A DNA stretch of 62,505 nt, filler included, from Choristocarpus tenellus KU-1152 (lineage: Eukaryota; Protista; Phaeophyceae), in the NCBI GenBank assembly GCA_964200185.2. It is 10 parts of 10 records of this genome, joined end to end, with 100 filler letters (N's around TTAATTAATTAA, not from the genome) between each part and the next. Parts side by side here need not be neighbours in the genome. Positions count along the whole stretch, not along the records: positions 19,485 to 27,940 come from CAXNAD020004689.1; positions 28,041 to 35,147 come from CAXNAD020006687.1; positions 35,248 to 38,577 come from CAXNAD020020761.1; 7 more parts are not named here. One strand, written 5' to 3'. The position numbers were made by a program, and so were the translations under genes. The notes under the pieces were generated by a model. That model worked only from the letters and a program-made list of their open reading frames with translations. It was not told the origin of the DNA and did not search any database. Below, in pieces: positions 26,008-37,535 of this stretch. Positions within the stretch are counted from its first letter, which is position 1, and every line of letters begins with the position of its first letter.

Positions 26008-27320
26008 CTCCCCATCCATCACAATTTTATCAGCCACAGAAAAGGCCTCCGTCTACCTTCAGCGTGTCTTCAAGCTCACCAGACAACTGCCTCTTCCTTA
26101 CCCCTGTATGCTCCACACTGAAGCCATTCCCCCCTTTGTATCTAAGTACTTGATTGTACACCACTAAAGGGGCAGCTAAGTCCTCTCAAGTGTGGTTTCA
26201 TCATACTCCTCATACTGTTTCTTAATGACCTTCACCATCTCCTCGATAGACCCAAACCGCTCCCCCATTACCCGGCATTTCAAAGTTTTGAAGAAGCACA
26301 GGTTCATGATATTGAGGTCGGGGGAGTTAGATGGCTGCGTCACAAGCCTAATCGACCACCCCTCAGTCTTCCCTGCCCCTGACAACATTTCTGAGTTGCC
26401 CTTGCCCGTGTGGGGGGTGGCACTGTCTTGCTGAACAACAACGTGCTTCCCCTGCAACCAAGGCGATTGCAGGCAGTATCTCCTCCGTGTACCACTTCCT
26501 AAACCACAAATGATCTAAAGTACAGTCCTGTTCATACACATCCCCCTTTTTATGGTTCTTGCTTGTCCCGTCTGCCGTTTTTGGCGCACACACATACCAA
26601 ACACAAAGCTGTCCATTAAAGATGTGAGCCGAATCTGGGCGGGCGTTGGCTGCAATGATCATGATTTGGAAGATGTGACTCTTGTGCTACACAGTAGAGA
26701 ACCCTGGAAGGTCGCTATCATCCTCATGCGGAAATACCCTAACCCTTTCCCCATTAGCCATCACGTAAAACCAGGTTTCATCTACATGGATTGTGTTCGC
26801 CATGGAGACGTACACACCACATTTCCGGTCCACATGATCGTAAACAAAGTCCATTCTCCATACCTTTTGCCACGATTTAAAGCTTGGGCTTGATCCAGGG
26901 GCGATTCGGCCCCCACATCATCGAATCACCCGTTTATTGTGCTCATCTATAATTCAGCCCTTTGGCAGCCATCTTTATTGTCACCTGACGCAATGTGGAT
27001 GACCGATTATCGGAGTTGATACTATGTATTGCGGCCATTTTGGTCGCTGTGACCTCCGAAGGCCACCCACTGCGTGCCACCACCCCTAGGTCAAGCGTGT
27101 GGCCACAGGCAAGCTGATCGGCGACGTCCTCCCAGAGCCCTCACATGTCACGCTCGGACACCCCAAACTCCGCTGCGAGGACCGGCCCAACTTGTCGTGG
27201 CAGTCAATGCTCACCAGAGACCACCGCGAGGGTGTGCCGCACAGCCAGCGCAACCCTAGTATTCAGGGGCACTTGTTGGACACCCTTCCTACGTGAGGGA
27301 GTCGACGGGGGGGTTGCCAT
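26008..27320 (-). mobile_element. Tc1/mariner transposon relic, related to the DD39D (plant/oomycete) group
   Basis: Minus-strand fragments: HTH LAAEFGVSER, SG(W)PS, STLRQ, IHVDETWFY, IAANARP..FNGQL..W, SKNHKKG, QQDSATPH...QPSNSPDLNIMNL.FF, with stops and frameshifts. Candidate TIR TA|CTCCCCATCCATC at 26006-26020. Confidence 0.88.
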
Positions 27321-27543
27321 GCCAACGTTCTGACCCTTGACGTGCCCAGCTCTGACCTCAACATTGTTGAAACCATAGGCTACTCATACAGCATCGTCAG
27401 TCCATACTGAAGGTTGATTTGTCCATTGCAATGGTCGCTATTCCCACTTACATCATTCGCTCATTAGCTCACCATCACAACTCACTCAGAAGATGTATGA
27501 CAGTGGTTACGCTAGATATGGATCCAAGGTTGGCTTCCTCTTT

Positions 27544-27719
27544 GACCCAAAGTATCTGGGGGGGAGGGCTGTCTACACCAGGGTGCCCATTTGGGTCAAA
27601 ACCAGGAAAGTGCACTTTCATTATCCATCCGATTGTGCAACCAAATTACCCAAATATCGCGACATGAAAAAATTGACCCCAAATGGACAGCCGCCACCCC
27701 CCCTCAGATACTTTGGGTC
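27544..27719. mobile_element. MITE family B, full copy (176 bp)
   Basis: TIRs GACCCAAAGTATCTG...CAGATACTTTGGGTC with G/C tracts; no TSD visible. Confidence 0.9.
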
Positions 27720-27721
27720 AT

Positions 27722-27940
27722 GAGTGAAAGTATCTTAGAGGGTACGAGTTTTGCCCTGTTTGTCCATTTGGGGCTTGACTTCCCATTGGGTTTTTGTGAT
27801 ATTTTTCCTACTCCGAAATGTTTCGGAGTAGGTAATATGTATATGTCATGAAATGGTGTGTCCGGAACAAGGATACTGACACTTCCTAACAAATACGACG
27901 GATAAAATTACATGGAAATCGCAACATTGGATATCGGCCC
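27722..27940. mobile_element. MITE family A, copy 2 (abuts the B copy; truncated by contig end)
   Basis: Starts GAGTGAAAGTATCTTAGAGGGTAC; palindrome CCTACTCCGAAA-TG-TTTCGGAGTAGG. Confidence 0.9.
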
Positions 27941-28040
27941 NNNNNNNNNNNNNNNNNNNNNNNNNNNNNNNNNNNNNNNNNNNNTTAATTAATTAANNNN
28001 NNNNNNNNNNNNNNNNNNNNNNNNNNNNNNNNNNNNNNNN
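27941..28040. other. Artificial contig linker
   Basis: N44-TTAATTAATTAA-N44. Confidence 0.98.
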
Positions 28041-30396
28041 GGTCAATGCTGTCTCAGTAGTTTAGTGGTGGGTAGGTTTGCGGACAGGTTGTTCACCTCT
28101 TTTCCCCTCCTGTTGCAATGGTGTCATGTTAGAAGTCAGGAGGGCTAGGGGGGGTCATGAGTCCTTTTTAATAGCTTTTGTCCTTAAAGGTGGTAGAGGA
28201 TGTGTGAGATGCTGTTTGGAAGGTAGTACAAGGGAGCAGTACACAAAAGCTTGCTGACATTTGGAGAAATGGCAACGCATGTGACATTTAACTGTGTCCC
28301 TAATCTTAAGCTCATCCCTGCTCTATGTGTGGCATGGAGGGATTGCTTGGTCATGGGATAGTAGAGTTCACATCATTCACACCTGGCTGCATTTAGTCCT
28401 CTACTGTAATTGTTTGTCCTTCTTTAGTACTTCTGGCTCTGGTTGACTGACTATGTTTGTGCTCACCCTGGACATGTGACCTGGCTTAAAAGGAATTTGA
28501 GGCGCAACAGAAGGCTGCAACAGGGGGTGGGTTGTCATTCACTGATATGCTCTCCAAAGCATACGGCGAATCTGCCCAGCCCCAGCCACCAACCCAGGGA
28601 CAAGGGGGATCGGGGGTAGGAGGGGGAAGCGCATCAGGGGCTGGGGGGTCAAGTTCTTCATCTCACCGAAAGAAGAAAGGAAATCGGTCTTAGCTGTTCT
28701 ACCCTTTCTGATGAAAAACAAAACCCCGTGGGAGATAAAGGTATAGCTACTCTGATCAAATGGTAGGTGGGGCGATGAGAGCACTGGAGGGAAGGCAAGG
28801 TTATTAAGGGTTGGGTTGAGGGAAGTGGTGACGGGCAGTTTTTGGAGTGGTCATGATGTTACGTATGGTTTATATTGTACAATGTTTGTAGCAGATGCCC
28901 AGCAGGGTGTGGATCTTTCTGTGTTCGTCTCCTCCTCCATGTCTGGTCTTGCAAGGTTTGGGGTTTGGGATTTCTGAATTTTGTAGATTGAAGGGAAATC
29001 TTCTTTGCCCATGTTGTCTTGTCTGTGCTCTTCTCTGGGTTTTGTTCGATGAACAATGCACAACTACGGCATGTATGTTCCTGTGGTCACCCTCACTGTA
29101 GCCTCCAATCGGGGATACCCCCTTCAGGTCTAAGCCTTCCTTGCAAGAACTCATCTCGTGAGTTTTGTGTGACATATCAGTAGAACAGGCAGGTTAAGGG
29201 CGAAAGGGTTATACAGGTTCTGTTGTCCATAGCCGATCAATTCCAAGAGAGGATGATAGTTTGGCATTTGTGAGGAGTTTGCTGTCACTCCATGTGTCAA
29301 GAGGATGATGACCAATGACTAAAGGGCAGTTATTGAGAAGACACCCTTCATTTTCTGTCCTTGTAGGGTGAACCCTCGCATGGATTGAAGTGTATATTCA
29401 GTGGGAGATATGTTCATTAATTACGTGGTTAGAGTGTGCTTCCAGCATGATCAGGTGCAATTAATGCAATACTATTGAGTATTTATGGTGTTGATCGTTT
29501 CGTGAGGGCATGAGCATGTCATTTGAGTAAGGTTGAGTATATATATATACCAATCATATGCCGTACCATGCAACTGCTGTCAGTGAGAGAAGATTATGGT
29601 GTTTTTTGTTGATGAAATAAATCTCTAGTGTTGGATGTGTAGAAGAATAGCTTCGGCAAGTTATTACATCCAAAATGTCAGTTCCAGCCTGGCATAAAGC
29701 CCAAGCTGGCAAACCTCCCCTGTATTAGTACGTGCATACATGCTTGATGCTTGGAGGTTGCATGCTCAAACATGAATCTCACATGAGAGTATGTGAAGGT
29801 GAAAGGTAGTACTTGAAAGTGTAGCAAATGTAGTGTTATTCAGTGACTGCCATACCTTCAATAGAAGTTCCATACTAACACATGTTTGCCACAGAAGCAG
29901 TATCAACATCACCGTGTAATCAGAGATTGCTCAACTCAACTGCAAGCCCCCTGTAGGAATCTCCCACTTCAAATTAGTAATACCAATACTAATTATTAGT
30001 TAGAATGCTAAGGATTGCTTTACACACTTGATTTTCAAGGACAAAGAGATAAAAACCGCAGGTATATGAAGATCGTACATAGGTACTATGGGAAAACACC
30101 TGTTTCATGAGACCGCTAAAGAACAAGTAACTTTTGTGCACACTCATTGGTCCAACAAATACTAATCTTGGTCTAAATATCACGGTGTGGCCTGGGGTTG
30201 TGAAGATGAATGAGGAGTCTTTGACCTGATTCATTCTTGTACTTCCATGACATGAGACAGGATCCCTCACTGAAGGTACTGCTTGAGGCATACTCCAGAT
30301 AAAAGTAGTAGTGCAGTATATCGATTACTAAATTGTATCGGAGTGATTCCTCCCCCCTCTCTCCCTCTATTGGAACTACGTACAAGCTTACAACTT

Positions 30397-31400
30397 CTAT
30401 GAGGAGGCACCCCTCATCTTCTCCAAATCCAAGGTTACGATGGCCTTTTTGTAATCTGGTCGCTTATACGAGATGACCCTCCGCTTCCCTGCTATCCTCT
30501 TTCGCTTGCCATCAAAGTTCTGTGTGGTAACCTTGGAGGTAAGCAAGCAATTCACCACCACATTAGTAGTGCAAATGCAATGGTTCACAGGAATAGTAGG
30601 GTATGTAAGAACATTGTGAGCAATGGAAAGAGAGGAAGAGTGCGCAGCATCTACTCGAGGTACTTTGAAGCGTAATGCACAAAGATTACCTTCACCGATT
30701 TCCGGTGAACTACTGCTACATAGAAGCCGAGACTTGAGCTCACATTCTCTGAAATGTCCGTTTGGTTATCTATCATCTCCAGACCCCATCGCCCCCAACC
30801 GGTATTGCATGACTTGTTTATCCACTCATTAACCAAAAGGAAGCTCTCACATTCTTGACAGGCACGTTGTAGATCTTCCACAAGTGCTCCTTCACCTCCC
30901 ACTTCGTCATCTTCGGTGGTACCCTGAACGCTGCCTTCGTGGGCCGACCTCTGGTCGGAGCTACGGTAGTAAACAAGGATATAAAGCCGTACTGAGGGGC
31001 TTGAAAGGTAGAGAAGGCATGGGTCCCACGAGGTCTCGAGATAATTCCACATTCCAACACAAGCGACGTTCTGTTAAACGCGATATGACCACACCAACAA
31101 GTCAGGGCTCTTAGGGTCGTTGCAACTTCATCAAGAGCACACCACGGAGACCAAGAGACCCCATGTAATGAGAGTCAGTTCAAACTTATTGGAGGTGCGA
31201 TTGTCGAAGATCATATAGCCACTATAGGTCGGAGTTGCCAGTCAACCACAAACCTCAACAATCAACCAATAAGCTCCTCCCTCCTAAAGAACAATACCTC
31301 TACCATAAGTATGCAATGAAAATCAACCCTAGATCAACTCACCAGTAATCATTGCCATGGTCATAGTGGGAAACCACGACCGAACACTTTGGGCCATCAT
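30397..31400 (-). CDS. MRPL23: Ribosomal protein uL23, mitochondrial-type. Exons 31400-31343, 30960-30851, 30531-30397; 100 aa
   Basis: Spliced product MMAQSVRSWFPTMTMAMITAPTRGRPTKAAFRVPPKMTKWEVKEHLWKIYNVPVKNVTTQNFDGKRKR...YKRPDYKKAIVTL. uL23 motifs FRVP..MTK.E.K..L..IY.V.V..V.T.N..GK.KR and DYKKA.V are present; 303 nt, all GT-AG. Confidence 0.93.
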
Positions 31401-31759
31401 CTCGTATTGAAGCGTCCTACCTAACCTGACTGTGTAAAGGCAGGCGACCAGGCCTTTTCCCGGATGCTTCTTGTCGCTTTCTCTTCGGATTTCGGTGGTT
31501 TCTCCACCAAAAGCGATTAATTCGATCACAGAAGCCTGCTGATCAAGTTAGCGATGGGCACAGCAACTGATTTTCCTACTTTTTTCACCTCCATAATAGG
31601 AGAGGACAATCCTAAACTTGGTCCGTATCGGATTTACGGATTATGCTCGCGGTGGCGCCAATCTTGTCGCGTGTGTTGAGAATTTGAATTTAAACCTCCC
31701 TACAAATTCACTTTGTCACCTAGCACCAGGAAGTAGGAGAAGGTAGATCGCCTTGCAGT
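31401..31759. promoter_or_regulatory. Putative bidirectional promoter between uL23m and the divergent gene
   Basis: 359 bp between two head-to-head ATGs; locally CpG-rich (cgcggtggcgccaatcttgtcgcgtg, includes CCAAT). Confidence 0.6.
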
Positions 31760-34075
31760 ATGGGAAGTGGGTCGGACAATGGTGAGGACAATGTCCCTGA
31801 GATTGTCCTCACCCGGCGAAGGAATATTGCAAGGAACGAGGCTGTACTGGCCTCATTGGGTATCGACAGCAAGGTTAGCGGCTGAGTGACCATTGCAAAA
31901 CTTTAGCGAGAGTTGCAAGGGATAACTGGATGTCAAGTGTACAGATTACGCAATGAAACGCCTTGGTGGTCTAGTTTAGTTGGTTGGGCAGTAGTAGCGC
32001 AAGATCGATTCTTACCGTTGTTCTTGCGGATATACATACCATCCCGGTGTTTCCTCCTCATCTCGTCTTCTCACAATCAGTAGACATCAGCCCCGAATAG
32101 AAGACCTCAGTGTCCCTCAACGGAGAAAACGAAGATAAAGAAGCGAAGACGTCAAGCTCCGACTGAACCTACTCGAAGGTCCAGCCGTGTTAAGGGCGAA
32201 CATGGTCCCGATGAACACATTTGCTTGCCTGACAACTTCAAAGAGCCATGTGAGATGAGGGAACTTATCAATAAAACGCCACAGGTTTCTCTCCTTCCTT
32301 GTCTTTTATCCAAATGCGTGGAGATGAATTGCCTGGCTAGGATTAGGACTGCACGAATTTACGCAGACAAATTGAAATACATGGTGGACATTCGACGAGG
32401 TAACACACTACCCCAAAGAGAAGAGAAAACTTGACATTCCCCTCAAGCCATTGTGAGAATATGGATGTCTCAACCCGATAAGATTAGAGCTCGAGGCCAG
32501 TGTCATGCCCATAGTATCCAAGATTCTATCTTACTTATAAGAAGAGAAGGGGGGAAATTCTATTTATCCTTTTCAACCCCTCAGAAAGTGACTCGTGGTG
32601 AACAAGGGAAAAACTGACCCTGACAATATGCCTAGTGCACTCTTTTGGCAGGCATCCCTAGTGCAAATCGTAGGTCACACCTGGGGCAATTTAGTACCAT
32701 AACATATTTTCAGCATGAACAACCTTGTTTGTTTATGGTTTGTCCAGGAGGGCAGTGGATTATACAAGATCTCCTCTTTCTCATGAGAAACCTTTTTCAC
32801 ACACACAGACCCACAATCTATTTGTTCCTTTACCCTCATGAACCAACATCAACATCAACCAAATATTCCCTTCTATACTCCTCCAGCCCCACCGCCCTAC
32901 ATCCACCTCACCCCACCCTCCTCCCCCTCCTTAGAACCCTACATTAATCCTCCCAGTATACTTTTCATTTGTCCTTTCAAATCCCCTAAATCATCCCCAG
33001 CAGCAGGGCGACACCTCCAGGACAATCGTCCACCATTGGTGCCAATAGGAGAGGAAGAAGCATTGGCCAAGCTGCAGGCCCTAGAGGAGACACATGATGC
33101 CAAAGTTGCTGCTCGGACTGAGGCAGGAGAGGACGGCAGGGCAGACCACCTGAAGGGTACTGCGAGCTATGCACACTGCCTTCATCGGGTCCTCACCATG
33201 TCCGATACAGCGTTGGCTGGGAGGGTGAGAAGTGGTCGATAAAGTTGGAAGTGTGGGGAAAACGTGGGATTGAGGGGGGGGACAGGAGAATCGGGGTGGG
33301 ATGGTGTGTTGATACCGTGTCAGGAATCTCTGCCAGACACTAATTGGAGAAAATGTAGAGCAGACTTGGAAAAGTCATGCCTAGCTGCACTGCTGTTTTA
33401 GTGCTCTCATTCTTTGTTTCGTGAAGATGTCAGGAACAAGGTACACCTCCAGTGGGATGTAGTTTAGTTGTCAAAGAGATCCCCTGTCCAGCAGAGCTTG
33501 GCTCTACTCCCTCTGCTCTGTTTTATCTCCTCTCTTCCTCCTTCCTACCCACCTTCCTACTTCAAAAATATACCGTTTGTGTAAAACACATGTTTCAGCA
33601 ACTGCAGTCTGCACTCCCCCTTCATTGTAGCAATGTACCCGGACACTTTTATACTCGGGAGCATTTGGCTCTGTTCCGTCTTCGCCCCTCAAGAGGAGAC
33701 CCAAATCTCATTACCTGTACCCTTGAGTGAGTACTCAAGTGCATAAAACAACAATGGTGCAGTGCCAACAAAACTAGTGCAGGTGTTTGACGTCCTGTAT
33801 TCGCCAATATACTCCAATTGTCTACTTCGAAGTAACGTGAAATGTTTTAATGCATGAATAAGCCAGCCGTCCTTACCTCCTCATTGACCTCCCAATACAT
33901 TTTATAGGTGCGTTCAATCGAGAGGGCCAGGGGTGCCAAGGCTAAGGAGAAGATGCTAGTCTTTGCACGTGTGCTCCGAGCCGAGGGGAAGATGGGTCTC
34001 CTAGCAATGGCAGAGGCGGCACTGCGACGCCTCGTTCAGGGTCTCCCACTTCCACCTAAGGATGAGGATCGATAG
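31760..34075 (+). CDS. Protein of unknown function, 228 aa. Exons 31760-31873, 32084-32284, 33021-33224, 33908-34075
   Basis: Four phase-0 GT-AG exons from ATG to TAG with no internal stop. N-terminal RRRNIARNEAVLASLG and KKRRR..PTRRSSRV motifs; helical C-terminus GTASYAHCLHRVLTMSDTALAGRVRSIERARGAKAKEKMLVFARVL. Confidence 0.85.
33454..33511 (+). mobile_element. Decayed tRNA-derived (SINE-head-like) sequence in an intron
   Basis: GGGATGTAGTTTAGTTG (A-box-like) and GGCTCTACTCCC (degenerate B-box). Confidence 0.3.
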
Positions 34076-35147
34076 TGGGAAGGGTTTCGATTCACAGGTT
34101 TCGAGCGTGGAGAGAAGTCACGACTGACATGGAGACCTCTTCGTGTGTGACAACATGTGTTTTGTGTGTTTTGTGTTTTATGTTTGTGTCATCACAGGTG
34201 TTTTAACCCGTTGACCTCTCCCATGTTGGTTGAGAGAGAGAGAGAGAGAGAGAGATGCTTGTTCTGCCGCTTTTCTTTGTGAGTTCAAATATAACCTCTC
34301 GCTCCTTTTTTTTTGTAGCTTTTTGTTCCACTCCAGTGGCCCAGGGCATTTTTTTTTTTTATTGCCAGCATTGTACATAGAATGAGAATAGCCTCATCCT
34401 CCTCGCTCGACCTACCCATGATCGCCCCTGGCTGTGTCTAGAGCCCCATGTGTTAAAAAGGATTTACAGGATTTGATTGTGGGGGGGGTGAAAGAGGACA
34501 AGAGCAGTACTTCTTCCCCAAGACAAATATGTGGTTTGTGAAGTGATATGATCAGATTCCTCGTGATAAATGGGGTTGGGTGGGACCCCTTTCAATTGAT
34601 GCTGCCTGCCAAGCACTTTGCTCTATCACAGTTCCAAACAAAGCTACTGCTTTTTTTTAAATAGTATGGGCTATCTATCTATCAACCAAAGAGCTGCCCT
34701 AGGCATTAAAAAATGCTTACACATCTTATGTATGTATGTGTGTGTGCACAGGCGTTTGTGTGTATGTGGCGGACTAAACGCACGAGTAGTGATGAGAGTA
34801 TTTAAAAGCATCTTGGATGAAAATGACATTATGACACGGTTGATGAAAACGCCTCTCAAAGCCTCTCAAGAAGATAGATGTAAGGGGACATTCCAATCCT
34901 GTCCCCTGTCGATAAAAACATGGCCTCAAGAAAAAACGGTCTCGAGGTCACAAAATGGGACCCCATAAAAGAAATAAAAATCAAAAGATGAAGCACGTTC
35001 AGCACGTGGGGAAAAAAGCTTAAACTAGTTCAACCAAACCAACTACAACAGTAACACCGCCTCTAACCATATCAAAACCAGGGAGTGGATGCCGGTTATC
35101 GTGATGACAAGAGTCCCCCCCCTAAAAATCCAAAAAGGGTCACCTGC

Positions 35148-35247
35148 NNNNNNNNNNNNNNNNNNNNNNNNNNNNNNNNNNNNNNNNNNNNTTAATTAAT
35201 TAANNNNNNNNNNNNNNNNNNNNNNNNNNNNNNNNNNNNNNNNNNNN
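35148..35247. other. Artificial contig linker
   Basis: N44-TTAATTAATTAA-N44. Confidence 0.98.
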
Positions 35248-35265
35248 CCCCAGATACTTTGACCC
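35248..35265. mobile_element. MITE family B terminal fragment
   Basis: CCCCAGATACTTTGACCC at contig start. Confidence 0.65.
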
Positions 35266-36636
35266 CAAAGGGAGTAGGGATATTTGGTGCAGTCTGTTCA
35301 TGGAAGACACTGCATAACGTGTGCACCGCTGCATGCCACTATGTGGGTCTGGCGTTCCAGATCTTCTTGTTCATCGATATGTTATCACTGAAGAATTGAA
35401 GTATTGAAGTGTGTAGTCCTCTCACGCAGGCTTATTGATTCTTGAAATCTCCAGATGGGCTTCAGTGTCCCCATCCACCTCTTTGTCAACATCCCTGTCC
35501 CCCTCTCCATTTTTCTCTTCTGCATCATAGTATACAGAACTCCACATAGTTGTAAGATTTTTGGCATTTATCAATAGTGCAGAAACTGCTATATTTTACA
35601 CAACGGTGAGGTGTGCAATGGATCAACTTTTCCACAACAAATACTACCTAGAGTCATCGTCTAACAGTGCTCGTCCCCAATGCACATATGGGGTAGACGA
35701 GTGTCCCTAGGGGATATTTGACTTTGTATGCACCCTGTACCCTTAGCGACATATGTTTATTACCAGTCTGGCAATGTTTGTCCCTCTGTTCACATTCAAT
35801 GTTCCCCGTGTGATGAGGTCCCTCGCAATTTGGCAGAAAACGGGGTGTTCGTAATTGTCCCGATGAAAACTACATTTATTTCAACTTACTACCTTACACT
35901 AAAATTAACGACGAGAAAGTTTCCTTCAAGGCCGATATGGGCGTATGGGGGTGGGTAAAGGACTTTCCCTTATTGGACCACCAATACATGATGAAGGTCC
36001 ATGCTTTGAGCGACGGGATTCAAGGGGCCGAGGTGGGAGTGTGGCCTGTGCTCTACTCTTGTTGCTATGTTCGTATCTGCGCCTCACACTAACGTTTGAT
36101 GAAGCCATCATTCCTTTCTCTCCTCAGTGTCTCTCACAACCGCATCCTAATATGTGCTTGGTTCCTTCATTGTCTGTAAACAGAATTACGACTGTCTCAA
36201 GAAATATATATATACACTCAAATGAACCTGCTGCGACAATGCTGCCAAGCAATAATCCTGCTATTTAGCGCTCTTCCTGTGTCTTAATTTCCACGGCCAC
36301 AATGACTATTACTTTCAACTTTCTATGGCCACCAGGATGGGGTAATACAATGGCAAAACAACCCAGGGCCCTGCAAGACAGAATCAAATAGAATCAAATC
36401 CAATCGTGAGTCAACCATTGACTCAGTGGCATTTCACAAGAATAGCTGGAGTACTAGTGGAAGGGAAGGGGGGGGGACGTCTGGTGATGGTTACAGATCT
36501 CCTTTCCATGTGTGTAGTGATAGGTACCATTCATTTTTTTTTACAGATTTAATGCTACTAGAAGTGTACTACTGCCTTTTGTAGTACCATACATGTACAC
36601 ATACGTGATGCTGGGGTTTGGACTCCTTAAACTAAC

Positions 36637-36894
36637 GAGCCAAAGTATCTTAGAGAGTAGAGCGGTGTCCATCTGGGGGTCAAAATCCAATGTTGTGATT
36701 TTGATGTAATTTTGGCTATTATGTTTGTTAGTAAGTGTCAATATCCTTCTTCCAGACACACCTTTTCATGATGTATACATTTTCCTACTCCAAAATATTT
36801 TGGAGTAGGAAAATGTAATAAAAACCCCCATGGGAAGTCAAGCACCAAAGGGACAAACAGGGCAAAACTCGTACCCTCTAAGATACTTTAACTC
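36637..36894. mobile_element. MITE family A, full copy (258 bp) with 4-bp TSD TAAC
   Basis: TAAC|GAGCCAAAGTATCTTAGAG...CTCTAAGATACTTTAACTC|TAAC; perfect palindrome TTTTCCTACTCCAAAATATTTTGGAGTAGGAAAA. Confidence 0.93.
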
Positions 36895-37360
36895 TAACGC
36901 GAAAAATAATATGAAGTAATTGTAACTGTAAATATTTCACTATTTCGCAACAAATTGTATCGGTTAGGTATATAGAAATAATTGGCGTGCGTAGGAATAT
37001 CGTACTATTACAGTATTAAATATAGAAATTGTACAAGACACACTTCTTGTTCCCTCCATAAGACGGTCTGCAAAATGATAGCTATAACACCACAGCAACA
37101 GGTATAAAAAAAATAAATTATGTGCACAAGCAGCAGAATTTGTAGTATTATTATTGTTTATGCACCTACGAGGTAGGTATTCGAACTCGGTTTGTCGACC
37201 GCTTTTTTTCAAACTTTCAAGAGGCAAAACTATATTTTACATGTCACTCTTCACTGCATCAATACTGAAGCTCCCACAGTCTATCGACATTGTGTTGTGC
37301 ATTTGAAAAATGAGGATCTTGGTGTTCCACAGGTGTACTTTTCAACTGCAAGGGAGTCCT

Positions 37361-37535
37361 GGCTCAAAGTATCTGAGGGAGGGTGGCGGGCTGTCCATTC
37401 GGGGCCCATTTTTCCATGTCGCATTTTTTGGGTGATTTGGTTGCATGCGTCGGGTGTACGTGCAATTCTCCTGGCCAGGGCCCGAATAGACACTCTGGTG
37501 TAGATCCTCCCCCCCACCTCCAGATACTTTGAGCC
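37361..37535. mobile_element. MITE family B, full copy (175 bp) with 4-bp TSD TCCT
   Basis: TCCT|GGCTCAAAGTATCTG...CAGATACTTTGAGCC|TCCT. Confidence 0.93.

Noticed and set aside
26008-27940. Adjacent mariner as the autonomous partner of the MITEs
   Set aside because: The mariner has TA|CTCCC ends; the MITEs have unrelated TIRs and 4-bp TSDs
31960-32020. tRNA gene in intron 1 of the unknown gene
   Set aside because: A-box-like and T-arm-like pieces only; no anticodon arm or acceptor stem
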